64,000 bases of DNA from Balanoglossus misakiensis (Eukaryota > Animalia > Hemichordata), in the NCBI GenBank assembly GCA_040954595.2, contig CM082591.2, forward strand, positions 4,805,009 through 4,869,008, in the 5' to 3' direction. This document shows, piece after piece, positions 1-14,360 of this stretch; position 1 is the first letter of the stretch, and the number at the start of each line of letters is the position of its first letter. Below the pieces are notes generated by a model. The model made no database searches. It saw nothing but the letters and a program-made list of their open reading frames with translations, and was not told the origin of the DNA. Made by a program: the position numbers and the translations under genes.

Positions 1-3000
1 GTGTACTACATGAACTTTGAAGCCACTTTTAAGAACAATGATGTACAACACTGGCATTTTAAAGTTGCGTGATTCTTCCACCTTTATCAACCTTATTCAG
101 ATGATATATTATCTTCGAGGGATTTTGGCCGACTATACGGCGGGACTTCCCCGCACATCTCCCTTATATCTTTGAGGCATGGGTGTGCAGAAGATAAATT
201 ACACTTAGTATTCCGCGTTTCCACGGATTCCATTATCGTGGCGGAGGAAGTGACGTCAAAGGATGTGTGTTTGCCCCTCCATTCCTACCGCTGGCTGCGC
301 TGTGGTAAAGTGCCCTTTCAGGCAAGACATGGTTTGAATTTTGTTTCCATTCTCGACGCAGTAAGAAATATAATCAAAAACATGATAACCGCCCTCTTAC
401 ATTCAGACGAAGTATTTCTTTCGAAATTTAACTGAATGACTAGGATACAGTGTGTTCATTGCTCTATAGGACGCACCCGTACCTAGCAAAAAGTTTATGA
501 ATAGAACATGTAGTCATACATTTCTAATGTAAATCTTATACATAAATTATGTTCATGACGCTTATATGTCATTACAGCAGTGCAATTATTGCATATTTAT
601 TCATCGGATTTCAAAGTGAATGTATGGCGAAAAATATTCCATTTACACACAACTTCATTTCTCCATATGACAATAACGCACGCAACGTTCAGCCATTCAA
701 AGCAAACAACTGCACATGCCCAGAAGAGCTCATCCTTCTCCAAAATGGCTGCCTCCATGTAATCGACGGCTGAAAAAAAACAAAGTCATGACTTACTTCA
801 AACACAATGTAGTACTAGTGGCATCATCAGCGAACAGTAAACCCAAGTGTGGAAAATAAGAAGGTAAAATTGAGTTCTCGACTGGAAAATTCGGAGCAAG
901 CATGGACAAAAAATGTCACCACAACCAGCAAGCATGCTCCGGTCTGACTTCAGACAGTACGCATCATCTGTCGCGCCTCTATTGATAAACAAATCTTGCC
1001 TGGACAGACTGACCATTCACGGCCTGCCAATAGTAAACAGCAAGGTAATGATTTGAATAAATGAATATGTATGAAGCCTGCAGTCCAGCTGTGTTCATGC
1101 AGGAGACAGCCAATCAGAGATTAGGATTTGTAATGATGGCTTCTGCAATCACTCCAATCATTCTGTGCAATATCGTAGGTGGGACCAAAGTGTCCTTGAC
1201 GTTATGTTTAATGATAAAATGTTTAATGACACATAACTTTGTACATGGTACATAGAATATACTGTGACAAAAGCCACATGGAAACCATGGAAACTATTTT
1301 ACAACAGAGAGACTAAAATGTTACTGAAACGGACAAAAGGTTGATTTCTAGCTTGTGTAAAAGCAACTAGCTGATTACAAGAAGACATATCTAGATAAAA
1401 TATCTGCCAAAGCACAAGTATTCCTTACGAAAAAAAAACACAGAAAAAATGTTGCTCCTAATTGAAGTTCTGTCCATCTACACATAAAATATTTTAGGAC
1501 TAGAACAAAATACATTGTATGTGTATCACTAAATATAACTATCTGAATGAGCATTTTTCATGACAAGGAAAAATACATACAGGGGTGACATAATACTGAT
1601 ACCAGTACATGGAAATGGCATACTAGTAAATCTTTCAATTGAGCTACAATCACGATTAGACACTTGTCAGAACAGAAAGTTTCTCAATTTAACCTTGATT
1701 ACAGCAAGGTGGAAAATCCAGCCAACATAGGACAGCCAGTCTAAATGTGTGAAAAGTTTCAGTTACAGTCAGTTTCTGCAAATGACTCTCTGTGCAAAGG
1801 CAAAGACTTGTGACACTTGCAAACACTTTTAGCCACTAGCTTTCTGCCTTTATGACTTTTCATTATATACCAAAGGAAAATGTATAAAAAGAGCGACCGT
1901 GTACAAAATCATCAGCTGCATCAGGAAAGAATGAGTAAAAAAGAGTTCATAAATTCATTCAGAAAATTGGAAATAAAAAAAATATGACATTTGTGCTTTT
2001 CATTCCCAAATCCACGGGCAAAATTACAAGTATAGCTCTCAAAATGCACAGCGCCCTCACTCGGGGATTAAAATATTTCTTTTGGATTACGAAAATTCAA
2101 GATGGCGTCACATATCCAATTTACCCATAGGGCATATCACGAGACTAAAAACCTTGATGTAAATCCCAGCAACGTTCATATATTCCAGCAAACAGTTGCA
2201 AGTTCAGATCTGATTTGCATAGTACACTGTAAAAATTAAATTCATCATGCAAGTCAGCTGACATGCGTCAGAATCAGTCACCTCCAAAAGTCATATGCAA
2301 ATTACCCCATGCCACTGTCAACAGATTCAGACTCACCATCTTTCCAAATGTTCCTTAACTGAGCGATCAAAGTTGATGTAAATTGTACAGTTAAAACTAG
2401 GTCCTTCCTATTCTCCAAAACTTATTTTGCATATATCCTTCTTTGTATATCAGCCTCCAGTCATTTAAAACTGTACTTTTAATTTCTTAACATCTGGTGG
2501 AATCCATGTATGCACTGCATACTATCCTGAATGTAATCCTGGCAGGCAACAGCATGGGAATCGGTTTCAAATCCCACGGAGCAGAATTTCCAACATAACC
2601 TTTTCTCTATTCTCATTCGAAATTAAAAACACATCTAAAGAAATCAAAAGCCCTACGGAACTTGAGATAATCAAATTATGCATTCTCCTTTATAAGTATA
2701 CAAAAAAAAATCTGTAATACCGGTATTTTACTATTGAATAAAATAAATACTGAACGGTATATATTTGTGGAATAAATATTGACATTTCATGTTTAAATAT
2801 AAAAAAAATTATGTGATTTTGATTAAGATTTGTGGACATTTGACGTACAAAATATTGAACCATTGAAGCACATAAAACCTACAGAATTTCTGTTCACAAA
2901 ATTGAACAATACAGAGAGAGAAATAAAAAGGATCAATCCATTACTAAACAGGGGTGAGAAGGACATCAGTCAAAGGGAATAAAAAAAGCACTACATACTA

Positions 3001-3118
3001 GTAATATAAAACATTGTAAATGAAACTAAAAGCTGAAAATATATCAATATAAGAAATGGTTTTACTTTTTCAAAAATATATAACCAGGCCGGTGAATTTA
3101 TGTATGTGCCAAAGATAA

Positions 3119-6100
3119 CTATTTGTCCACAGCCACATATTTCAGAGCCTTGAATCCATACTTTTTCGACATGTCTTTCTGGAACTCCCCTTTTAAAATT
3201 TTCAGACACCTGTGAAATGATAAACCAATAATTACTGTGTTAGTATTATCACCTGCATCGTACCTACTCGCAACTTAGATGTAACAATGTTTCTCTAAAA
3301 TCCCAAACTTTTCCAAATTTTGCACAAGGCAAGATTAGATTATTCTCTCTTAAAAGTGTGAATAAAAATCTAGCAAAACTGAGAATAGAAATCTAGCACA
3401 ATTTTCAATGAGAGCCAAATTTTCGCAAATTTTAAATTTAAAATGGCTGCCAATGTCTGACTATAAACTCCCAGACCGTTGCGTTGGTTGTTAATTTGGC
3501 TACTTACTCTCTGTACTGTTCACTTGATCGGAACTTTGCGATATCAAAACTCGGCGCGTGTGGCATGTGAATCATGAATGCGTTGGGAAGAACAATAAAC
3601 TCATATCTGGAAATAAAACAAAATTGCAAACAGTTAAAATCCTGTCTTGACGAGCCATATGGATATATTCTGCATAAATTAGATTCTACCCACTTGTAGC
3701 TAATCATTCTCTACTAAAAAAGAATCATGATCAATAAATTTCTGTAAAGATTTCTGAAACGTGTCTCTCAGTGAAAAAAAAATTAGTCTCCAAACACTGA
3801 TATGCCACAACTTTCACCCCCACTTCCCTCTTTAATGGTCCATCCGCGCCATATAAAACAATGGATTTGGACCAAACCATTGCGCTGAAAGGGGTTAAGA
3901 CTTACCCGAGTGCGTCCAACTCCATGATGTGCGACACCTTGTTCCATCCAAAACCAACAAACCGACTGTCGTACAACGGACAGTCTTTCTTGACGACAAC
4001 GTACGGCTCAAAATCTGACTCCCATTGTACCTATGAGCAGAATTTTTAAATAGGATGATTATGATTTATATTATATATTTGTTGGAATAAATTTCTTGTG
4101 TGATTTCAAACCGTTACTGAGAATGTCTAATGATGTCCATGTTTGCCAATAAGTTCCATCAGTAACAGCATTACCATATATGGCGTTGATGAATATTCAC
4201 GCTACGGCCAGACTTTACCTTATATGGTGTTGTCGCCGTCCTCCATTTTGCGAAATTGGTCGGTGCGTGCCCCTTTTGCCAGACGTGGTACCTGAATGTA
4301 TACAAGGTGCCCATGTCCAACATGGATAACAACTCCGCCTTGGACTTGGGAAACGTCAGCCGATATCGCAGAGTCTCAAATGCCGGAACAATAAGAGCCT
4401 GGAATGTAATAGTTTTGAAATAGGGAATGAGAGTAAAAATCCTGCCAAAAGGAATAAATGGTAAACACCGATTATTCATTTTGGCGAGTTTTTCACTCTC
4501 GTGTCTACAAGTGGGAAGTAAGTTGTGTGTGGTCGAATGTTGATTCTCTATATATCCACATGTAGAATAAAATAAACGATGTCTTGTATCAAACATAATT
4601 AATGGAAAAAGGGCAGTGAGAGAGAGACTTTGTCCCTTTAAACACACCATCTCCTACCTTGTTTGATTTGGACATGTCCATCATTCCAATTGCCTTTTTC
4701 AGATATTCGTACAATCCGTACATCGGCAGGAAGTCAATGTCAGAGAGATAGACATATGGAGTATTGACCTGCTTCAAGGCAACATTTCGAAGGAAGTTCA
4801 CAGGATAAAATTGCTGTCAAAATAAAAACAAATAATTAATCTCAGTGTAACATTCTTTGATAACCTTTTATATGAGTGCGTGGACAGTAGTTGGGATAAC
4901 AGCTGGTGGCCAGCAAAATCAACTGTCGAACTGGCCATTTCTTTTGAAGGTACTATTTACTGAGAAGGAACAACCACCCCCACCTACATGCTCATTCCCT
5001 TGTTGGCTCTAAAACATGTTCTAGAATATCCACTTAGAAGACTAGCTATGTTCTCTGTTCATCGATCCAACTGTATTCCTGCACCATCTGGTGTCCGAGT
5101 AAACAACAAAGTGTACAAATTTTATGCTGTGACCACTGACTAGAAAGACGTCAAACATGAAAGTGCCTCACCCCATCTTTGTACACAATGTGGTAGCCGA
5201 CATTTTTCCTCGACATCAAGATTTCAGAGCTGAGTGCGTATCTGAGGAACTGCTGGACTTCGGCATCCGACATGTACAAAGCAAAACTGATAGGACCTGA
5301 AAAATACAAGTACAAGTATGATTTATTGAGATGACTTTATTAGTATATTGTGCAAGACGATACTACTGACTTTGAAAATGATTTAACCCTATCGCTACAT
5401 GGTCAGGTGTCTATTACAGTTCATGTTGGCATGCGTCAAGCTTGACGCGTCAACTTATATTTTCGTGTCAAATGAGTATTTTCCATGTCAAATACACGCA
5501 ATTAATGCATCAACGCAACCTCTGAAATTGATCAATTATCTAAGTTCATCAGCCGACACCTTTGCTGTTACCATACCTTGCCAGTGGTTGCATATGGCCT
5601 CCACCATCTGCAAGCGGTCCATGGACAACTGGGCAACTAAGGTGACATCAGTGTCATCCAAACTCTGCAATGAAGAAATTGTGGGATAACGTATTTGGTC
5701 AGCACTAACCCTTTCACCCCTAGTGCCCTGTATAGAGGTCAGCACATACCACTTTTCCACAAAAAACTAGGGTGGGTAGGGTATATCTTACCGGCGTGTA
5801 CTGGTAATCTAAATAATACAAATGTGTTCTGTGACTGAGTAATTTTTCTCTTCTGAAGTCATAGCATTGGTCATCTTCATCCAATTGGCTGATCTGTTAG
5901 AAAATCAAGAAACCTTAATAAACATGCTTCTTTATGTATAATTCTGTCTGTGTGTTTGTGTGTGTGTATGTGAGTACATGTATGTGTGTGTTTGTATGTT
6001 CTTAGTGAATTTCATTGACTCGAGTGTCCTTAACTTCTTCCTTCACGCAACCATGATTTTACACTGACTTCCGGGAATGAATTCACAATGAAAACAAACA

Positions 6101-9100
6101 CTCCTGGACCACTTACCTCATCTTCCACTTGGACTGTGCGCTGGTAGGTCTCACAGCCAAACAGTTCCCTCTTCAACAGATTCCCGTCGTATTCCAAGAA
6201 CGTGAGGTACAGGTTGCGGAAGTACTCAATGTGGTTGTTCTTCACCCGGAGCTTCTGCGGCGAATTCCAGTGGATCACTTTGATGTCGGAGATCTCCGTG
6301 TAACAGGTCTGGAATTCAGAGATGACCAGATGAAATAAGTTACTGACAGAAATTGAATAAGTTTCCCAGAGTCTTAGATAAGCTAATGTTCATTTGAAGA
6401 ACACAGCCATTGGTATTGCAGAAATGGGCCAGTTTACTGTATCTGTACTTCACTGTTCATAGTACAATATCATTCACATCTGTGTGTGGTGTTTTTCTTT
6501 GTAAGCAACTAAAACATTTGCTGAATGGGAATTATAGCAATAACTTGACTAGAATTGCAGAAATTCCCATTCCATCTTTGATGTAAGGTAAACGTCCTCC
6601 ATGATTCTAACACACTACATATATGTACCTCACTGCGTGTATTCTCACTCAGTTGTACATTCCAAGCGCACGGCAACTGATGAACGATATCCGGATGCTG
6701 TTTTATCACCGCGTTGAAAATATCCTGCAAGATGCAAACACGTACACCTGGTTAAGTGTTCAGGTAGGTCATACATCCTCTTGGTTTACAAACCAAAGTA
6801 CATGCACAGTCAAATCTTCTATAGTTGCCAATCAAAGGTTTCTCCTAAAGTGGCCTATAATTCTGTAGAAATCAGAAAATGCTATACTGGTAAAATTCTA
6901 TGAAACATTTTTCATCAGGTAATGTTGCTGATAATGCAATGATAATGATTGTGAGGACACTGTGTTTGTGAAACATGAATTTCATACTCTTGTGTGGCAA
7001 TTGATTGATACACAACATCCATTGGCACCGATCAGGATAAGCACACCTACCTGGTCGGCTAGCGATGTAGACAACATACTCATCAGTTCCCTCTCGGCCG
7101 TCAACCTCCACATCTGCATCCATTTCATCTCTCGGAGTTTCTTCAAGTCGAGCAATATCACACCGGTGTTGAAACCTCTCCCCTGTCAAAGTAAAGGAAT
7201 ATTAAATCTCCGCCCTGTCTTCCTTCAAAAGATATACCAAAGAAATTTGGTACCCAAGAATCACAACCGTTACAATTTTCAATGAATGTATCTGTGTTGT
7301 CAGTCTTTCCGAATTGTGATAAGTATCACCACGTTAGTATATGTTCTGGCATTATCCAGTTTCAAGTTTTTATGAAGGAGATCTTGAAACTTGATCCTTA
7401 AGATTTTTATCCATATACAAGCACAGGCAAACCACCTTCAGTAGTACAGTTTCCATTACAATCTAAACTTGCCTTAAACAAAATATGAGAACAAGTTTAA
7501 GACTGTGATTTTCAAGGCACATTCTATCTTACCCTATCACCCCCAGTTCCCTGTTTAGAGGTCTAACCTTACCTTAGAAAACAGTCGGTTTGGACTGAAC
7601 CATGGTGGTGAAAGGGTCAAAAGCAACCCGTTATCTAATGTGAACCCCACCAGTTCCAGGTTTGTTTGTTTGTTAATTACTTACCAGAGCGGGCCACGGT
7701 TTGTGCTTTCGCCACAGAGTACCGAGATACCAATCACTTTGGTTTTCCACCAGCCCGATCGCTTTCCCATTTTTCAATTTCCGGAATATTTTCCACAGTT
7801 CAGCGATGTCTGTCGCAAATGTTATGTCAGTGTCTAAAACTATAACCTGAAAGCAAGCAATGATGCGTCAAAAATAGCGCCAAGGGCACTGTTGCTCCTA
7901 CTTGAATATACAGGAATAAAGAATAACTATGACCTGAAAGCAAGAATTAATGCGTCAAAAATAGCGCCAAGGGCACTGTTGCTCCTACTTGAACATACAG
8001 AAATAAAGAATACATCAAAATTCACATGATAGGTTTCACGCGTGTGAGTCTATGAATGAAATCACGAATCAATAATAATACAGAACCTGTCATTACAGAT
8101 ACTTACCTTATCTAGATACAGAGGTAACGCTTTGGTAAGTACTAACTTCATGAGTCCATACACCCCTGAGTAATGTTTGTTTGGAATCCATGATATATCG
8201 TCCTGGAAATAAACAAAAACAAAGAAATTGGATTGGAATGTGACAGTATTGGATACTTCATATGTCCAACTTGTTCAATACGTATTATCATTTGTGAAAT
8301 ATGAATCGCTAGAAAATACCTTAAAGTCGTCCGCTGCATAGAAACTGACTTCAACTGAAAACAAAAAGACAAGAGGATATATTTTTAGTTGTAAACATGA
8401 AAACTATATAACCAACCTATCCCTGGTACATTTCTGTACATATGTAGTTCGGAATAGATTTATTAATGTTGGGATTTTTTTTATTTCTATGTCCTTTTAG
8501 TATTATTTCAAATTGAAGTCCTGTTTGCCCATGATGGATTTCAATATCAGCAAAATTATCAGGCGTACCTATTTCCTACATAACCCATGAGAATGGTTCG
8601 TTCTCCATAGGATGACATAAATAGTATAATGCATGCACTTGTCTTATGGAACAAACACTGTGATTGGACAGTGTATACTCACCACCTGGGACATTCCACG
8701 TATCAAATAATGTTTTCAAAATCAACTGTGCTGGTTTATCTGATATAAAATGTAAATGAACAGGATTTTTTCTATAAAACAACACGGATTTAATCAGTGT
8801 CATCACTTCACGGCTGGCATTGTATCCGGCACAAACTATTGCAACGTGTAGGACCTGAAATAAAAATAACGACGGCAGTCAGAAATGAGCATGGAAGAAA
8901 CATCTGATGGTCTTTGAGGTTTATATGACAATCGAGAGACACCATGTGTGGAAGTAGAAGTACTGGAAATGTTCTACCATGTCCAGTTAAGCATCTATGT
9001 AAATTTACAAAATATTTGCTGTTATTCGCACGATCCAGTGTGACACAGGAAATTGAAATGAATTATGGGTAAAAAGTTGGGAGTTACTGTGGCTACAGTT

Positions 9101-10209
9101 TGGAAGATTCCACTTACCTCACATTTTGGCACATTTTCCTCTACATTGGTACAAATAATAGTTCTGTTTTTAAAGTCTATGTCTATTTTGTCATTGCTGG
9201 CATTCAATTTATCGGTGCCACCCTGATTTTGAACTTGATAAGACTGCTGAAGCTGATATTGTGATAAACTGCAAAAAAATAGAGAAATAACTATTTTAAT
9301 ACAAATAAAAGACAATGGGTTCGGTTTAATTATGTCTATGTTGAAGATCATGTTACAAGTTTACAGAACTTCCTGTTTATGGAATCATTTGTGGAACAGG
9401 GTTTGCTCACTATTTTGTAACATGACATCACTTTGTGTTTGGATGCCTAGAAGTCTTTCATGCATAGATTCATGCATGCATATTTCTTGATGTTGTAATA
9501 ACTATGATGTTTGTCTTCGGAATTTTGAATTCAAGTAATTAACTGGCATGTTTTGAATTTCATATTTTCTTTCACCTTAATTGTCTCCTGAGCATCTGGT
9601 TTTCATCTTCCACTTCTCGTACTCTTTCTGCAAGGGCCGCCTCTCGGTTATTAAAACCCATCAAATTATTTCTGTTAAAATTATCTGAAAGGAAGAAGAC
9701 AGTTCTAAATTAATCAATTTTATTATAAAGTATTAATAATAATTATAATACCGATAATAAGTATTGATCAATTTTGAAAAGCAAAATCCTTTGCATTTTC
9801 ATGTTGGAATAAATGCCAAATGTTACAGTTTGAGCATTTCCAATAATTGAGTTCAATTATATGTATCATGCTAAATTAAAATCCTAAGCAAGAGGATGAG
9901 AATTTTTAGTAAAGAGAAAATATGAGTTTTTTATGGGTTTAATTGTCTTGAATATAATTATTATAACTGGATGTCAAAATAGAAATACTGTTACTTAATT
10001 TTAATACATATTTATTACATAAAAACACCTTCCAACTGTAATGGATTGTTCCAAAACAATTGGACTGTACCACTACTTGTTACTTCAGGGGGACTAAACT
10101 TACCATCATGTGTGAAAGTGATGTAAGTCAGTATGATGAGGGGTACTGACATTAAAACTAACAATAATAAAATATATTTTTTTCTCGGTCGGAACACCGG
10201 TCCCCTCAT
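3119..10209 (-). CDS. LARGE: LARGE xylosyl- and glucuronyltransferase (GT8 + GT49 domains), 18 coding exons, about 738 aa
   Basis: Exons (plus coordinates): 10104-10209, 9576-9684, 9118-9268, 8683-8854, 8320-8354, 8107-8202, 7685-7846, 7051-7182, 6629-6724, 6117-6308, 5792-5893, 5577-5664, 5172-5296, 4658-4813, 4219-4398, 3906-4030, 3508-3606, 3119-3209. All are GT-AG and phase-consistent (2217 nt). The protein has an N-terminal type II anchor ([21 protein letters not shown]) and a coiled coil ([16 protein letters not shown]), plus the LARGE motifs [83 protein letters not shown] and [15 protein letters not shown]. Confidence 0.96.
3811..3898. mobile_element. Diverged copy of the 90-bp MITE family
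   Basis: CTTTCACCCCC...TTTGGACCAAACCATTG...TGAAAGGGGTTAA. Confidence 0.6.
4427..4641. mobile_element. Truncated copy of the 26727-27080 foldback MITE in a LARGE intron
   Basis: Matches the centre and right arm (GAATAAATGGTAAACAC.GATTATTCATTTTGGCGAG ... GAGAGACTTTGTCCCTTTAA). Confidence 0.85.
7529..7620. mobile_element. Copy of the 90-bp MITE family in a LARGE intron
   Basis: ACCCTATCACCCCC...TTTGGACTGAACCATGGTGGTGAAAGGGTCAA, reverse-complementary to 16863-16956. Confidence 0.7.
7838..8011. repeat. 87-bp tandem duplication containing a LARGE 3' splice site
   Basis: Two near-identical units ACTAT(A/G)ACCTGAAAGCAAG...GCGCCAAGGGCACTGTTGCTCCTACTTGAA...AATAAAGAATA. Confidence 0.9.
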
Positions 10210-13200
10210 CTCCCTTCCTTATCTCTCAGAGGATTTCTTCGCAAGGTTCAGACATCGCCAGTATCTGGAAAACTAAATCCATAAAACGATAATTTCAGAT
10301 GAGATATGTACTATGTTCACAGTACAAGGAAGTGGTCAGAAAATCCAATAGGAAAATACACTTTCACAGAAAATTGACGTAAGTAATTCTGTAAAAACAC
10401 AGAAAAACCCTTGAAAACCAGCCCTTCATATCTACAAGGATCCATCATTTTTCACATCAGCTCTGTCAACACCTACGCATGAATGAATCATTTCTCTCCG
10501 CATGATTGATTGTCATTAAGTCTACAAGAAAAGAGACTTCAACTGATAAACGACAATTTAACATACTTCAGTTGTTCTACATCCCCCGAGGCATATCAAA
10601 ATGCGTGGTTTCGTGATTTTTTCAACGAAACACAGCCTGTACATGCATATTAGCTGTTCTTTTGGGCCATTAAATAATGAAACCATGGTTTCCATCCAAC
10701 TGCAAACAGTCAACAATACTAGCTATGTACAATTAACAGTTGTATTGAACAACCAGTATCAGCAAATAAGTTAACTGCCATACACTTGATAAATAAAATC
10801 ACTATTATGTGGGGGCAGAACAAGGAACTGGTTATACACAAACGCAGAAAAAAATATATTTTTTGCATTTCCAGTGAAGTAAATATAATTTCATATGAAA
10901 GATACACTACTACTTCAAATGGGCACATATGGTTTCTATCAGTATAGTTGAGAAAACCTAACACTACAATCTGAAACAGAAATTTCAAGGAGATTAGCAA
11001 TCATCAATATACAAATTTGTTATTACACACACACATACACCTTACCCTACACAATCCCCCTTAATTTAAAAGTAAACACTCGTCAGTACAATACAAAACT
11101 TGTTTTATTTTTTCAGCTTTTTGAAGCTGAATATTAATAGGAGGAATAATTCACAATTCTTGTGTGGGAAATGATAGACCAGAGAGAACGCACAGAACGC
11201 CAGTGGTTCAAATAACAACCTTCGGCTGAAGCGGATACGCAGTAAATACAGGTATAATTTGACTGCAAATAAGCAATCACGGCAAATTACCGGGTCTCAG
11301 CGGAGCGGGAGCCTCTGCCAGACACAGGACAAATTAGCCTTGCCTGGAACATAAAGAGAAGAGCCTTGAAAAACAGGCTGATCTTATCATTCACTTCAAA
11401 TTTCAAACCGGGTAATCGCATCAGAAATAAGAATCCAAAATCAGATGCTTTGCGGAATAAAGAGGTGGACATAGAAGGCATTGATATGGAAGAGATATTT
11501 GCTCAGATTCAGAAAAGAAGATCTTACATTTAGAGCAAAATTACACTGAAATGTAGTACATGTACATACAAGAGGGTCTTCATTTGGTCTTCTGTCTTAA
11601 ATCAGTTCCGCGATTATCTTGACCCCTTGTTGACCCCATCAAGTGGTCCACTACAGCTCCTGCTAATCAGTGGTTGCCTGGCAACCATAAAATGGGAGCC
11701 GTTCAGCTCCTGTATTGCATGATATTGCTATCTGCCTGAGACCTGGCTACTTTGCCGCTAAACTAATCTCTTGGGGCTAGATTCAGTTTCTCCTCATTGA
11801 CTTATTCGTTTTTTGAAGCCATTGTCTGACTCAGGGGGAATGAAATGAGAAACTAAATGTCAAAATTTCTCAAAATCACCAATGACAGCTCGACTATGAG
11901 ACTAAGGTTGCAGGAATGTCTTACATAAACTGTGTACAGTCTTACATAACATGTCCACACTATAATGTTGTGCCTGCTTGCAAATTTCTGACCTGACCCC
12001 AAAAAATACTCTTTCACACAGTCACCCAGGTCGATCTACTCAAAATTAATAATTCTACTCGTTTTTTTTTGTCAATAACTTCTTTCTAAACTAAAGTAAT
12101 AGTTTGACAAGGAAGACTGTTGCAGTGTTGATCCCAGTATCACGTAAAAGGAAATGATTTTTTTCTGCCGAAAGTCAGCAACATTCATTCTGAAAATGTC
12201 ACTGACGTTGCCCCAGAGGTAGAAACTCTATCATAATGGCGATGTCGTGACAATTCGCATCGCTGCTGTCAAGGCTAAATGTCTTTGATGATGTTTCCCT
12301 ATTTCAGCTTCAATCTTCTCACTGATTAGTTCTTGGAAATCTTGTTGTTTGTGTAATCCATAGAAAGCCTTCAGAAACATGGCATTCTGTCATTAAACGC
12401 CACTGCAAATAAATGTTGCATCATCAGACATAATCCACGAGTATTTACCACTAGATATCAAACAAATATAACTTTTTTACCTTTTCACAGAGAAAATTTC
12501 AACGGGACTTCAATAAAAATCTTATTTAGTGCCAGTTTCTGTGCTTGCTTCCAAAATAAGAACAAATCCAACAGCTTGAAAATTGTGACTTGAAATTTTC
12601 ACTGTTGACCTTAATATATTGCAATCTGAGAATGTCTAGGAAAATAAACTAAATACACCAATAAAGAAATGTCAAGAATATGCTGATGTTCAACAGTGAA
12701 GTTCTATGAAATTCACACTGCTTGCCAACACAAATTGGCAGTTTGTACACATCAGAGACCTGCGGTGATTAATATTTCAAGGAGCATAGGGCTTCTTAAC
12801 TCAAGCTGTTTCTGGAGTCTTATTCCTCATGTATGCTTTAACATTACATCTTCATAAATCTTCCTATCCTGTCATAGTGATAACAAACCCATTTACATTA
12901 AATCAATATTAGAAAGAAATACTAAAATAGCCCATAAATTATGAGTGAATGAAACTCAACTGTTATCATCAAAAGCTAATGATTAATAATAGAAATTTCA
13001 ATATTAGGAAATATTCACATGGTTATACGAGATAACAAATGTATGAATGAGGAAGTCTGTGGTTTCATAGAATTTATGCAATTAGTACCAAAGATGGCAG
13101 AACAGATATGACAAATTATAATATACATATTTTAATAATATAACACTGTTTACATCCACCAAGTGACCATCGTACAAATGTATGTTTGATTCGTTTTCTG

Positions 13201-14242
13201 TCACAACGACAGAACTTTTCTGGGAGCGTGGGGAAGTGTCATGAATGATTAACAACTGCATAATAATGACCACACTATATGTATTTTAGTTCCCTAAAAC
13301 GTAACATTTCATTTTCAGGTGTGGTTGTTTAGAATGCAAATACTGTATACATCGATGAATCTGTCAATCAGGAGTTCCCTATCAATTGTGACTGCAGGCA
13401 AGGAATTTACATGAAATATAATTTGAAATCAGATTATTCATCAACATGTTGATAAAAACGTCTGAACTAAATGCGTTATGCCACTAAAATCATAAATGAT
13501 TACACAAACCCTTGGTATAATTACTTGAATTTAATTCATACAGATCATTGAGATGGCAACATCTAATGATCAATACTCTCTGTTATCATTTGTCATAATA
13601 TGCAAATATCATCTCGGTTGTCATGGGAACACTTGAAACCTTTCCAGGAAATAAAACAAACATACCAAACTTGGCATACCCCCCCCCCTGGGGGTCATTG
13701 GGAGCAGGGCTAGTGTGATGTTTGCATGGAGTTGAAACAGTAATCAAGCCAATTTTTGCTGCTTTAGAATAACCATAGTTGAAATGTGCCACCTCTACCA
13801 CGGTAACCCCACAAACGACCGTGCTTCTACTGTTTGAAGCAGCTAACTCCCATGTATACATCACGTTCTTTGTTTCAACGATTTCAGTGGCCCGACGGGT
13901 CTACGCCAGATCCGGTAGCTTTCAATTCAAGCGTTCAGACACGGGGTTTGCATGTGACAGCGTATTGAAATGTACATGTACATGTGTCACTGTCAAAAGG
14001 ATTCTGCTACACTCCTAACAACAGAGAATGTAACAGCCGACATAAGATTATTTGCGTCCGAAATGTCTACATCCCGGCTAGTCTACACCCCTAGCCCTAG
14101 TAGGTCCCCTCAAATTTGCAACCAAGTCGCGATCATGGTATTAAAATGTATGTGAATTTTTAAGTTACACTGCACTCGACTCGGTTGACAGTTCCCTCCC
14201 ACCGACAAATCAACCCGAAAACCGGGGTATATTTTTACTCAC

Positions 14243-14360
14243 CAAAAGTTCAAGTATTCCCACAAGCCGACTTCTATGTCTATTGTTTCCAATTATGGTC
14301 TTCTTTTGTCTTTAGCCCGAGATTCCTGCCTCCCCGTCACGTATGTAGCCACCGCCGACG
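14243..14360 (-). other. Probable non-coding first exon of LARGE (5' end approximate)
   Basis: The ATG-containing exon has a splice acceptor at 10265-10267, so an upstream exon is needed. A minus-strand GTGAGT donor sits at 14237-14242 in a CpG-richer segment. Additional UTR exons are not excluded. Confidence 0.45.

Noticed and set aside
2545-2600. tRNA B-box-like GGTTTCAAATCCC
   Set aside because: No cloverleaf or matching A-box, so at most a decayed SINE fragment.
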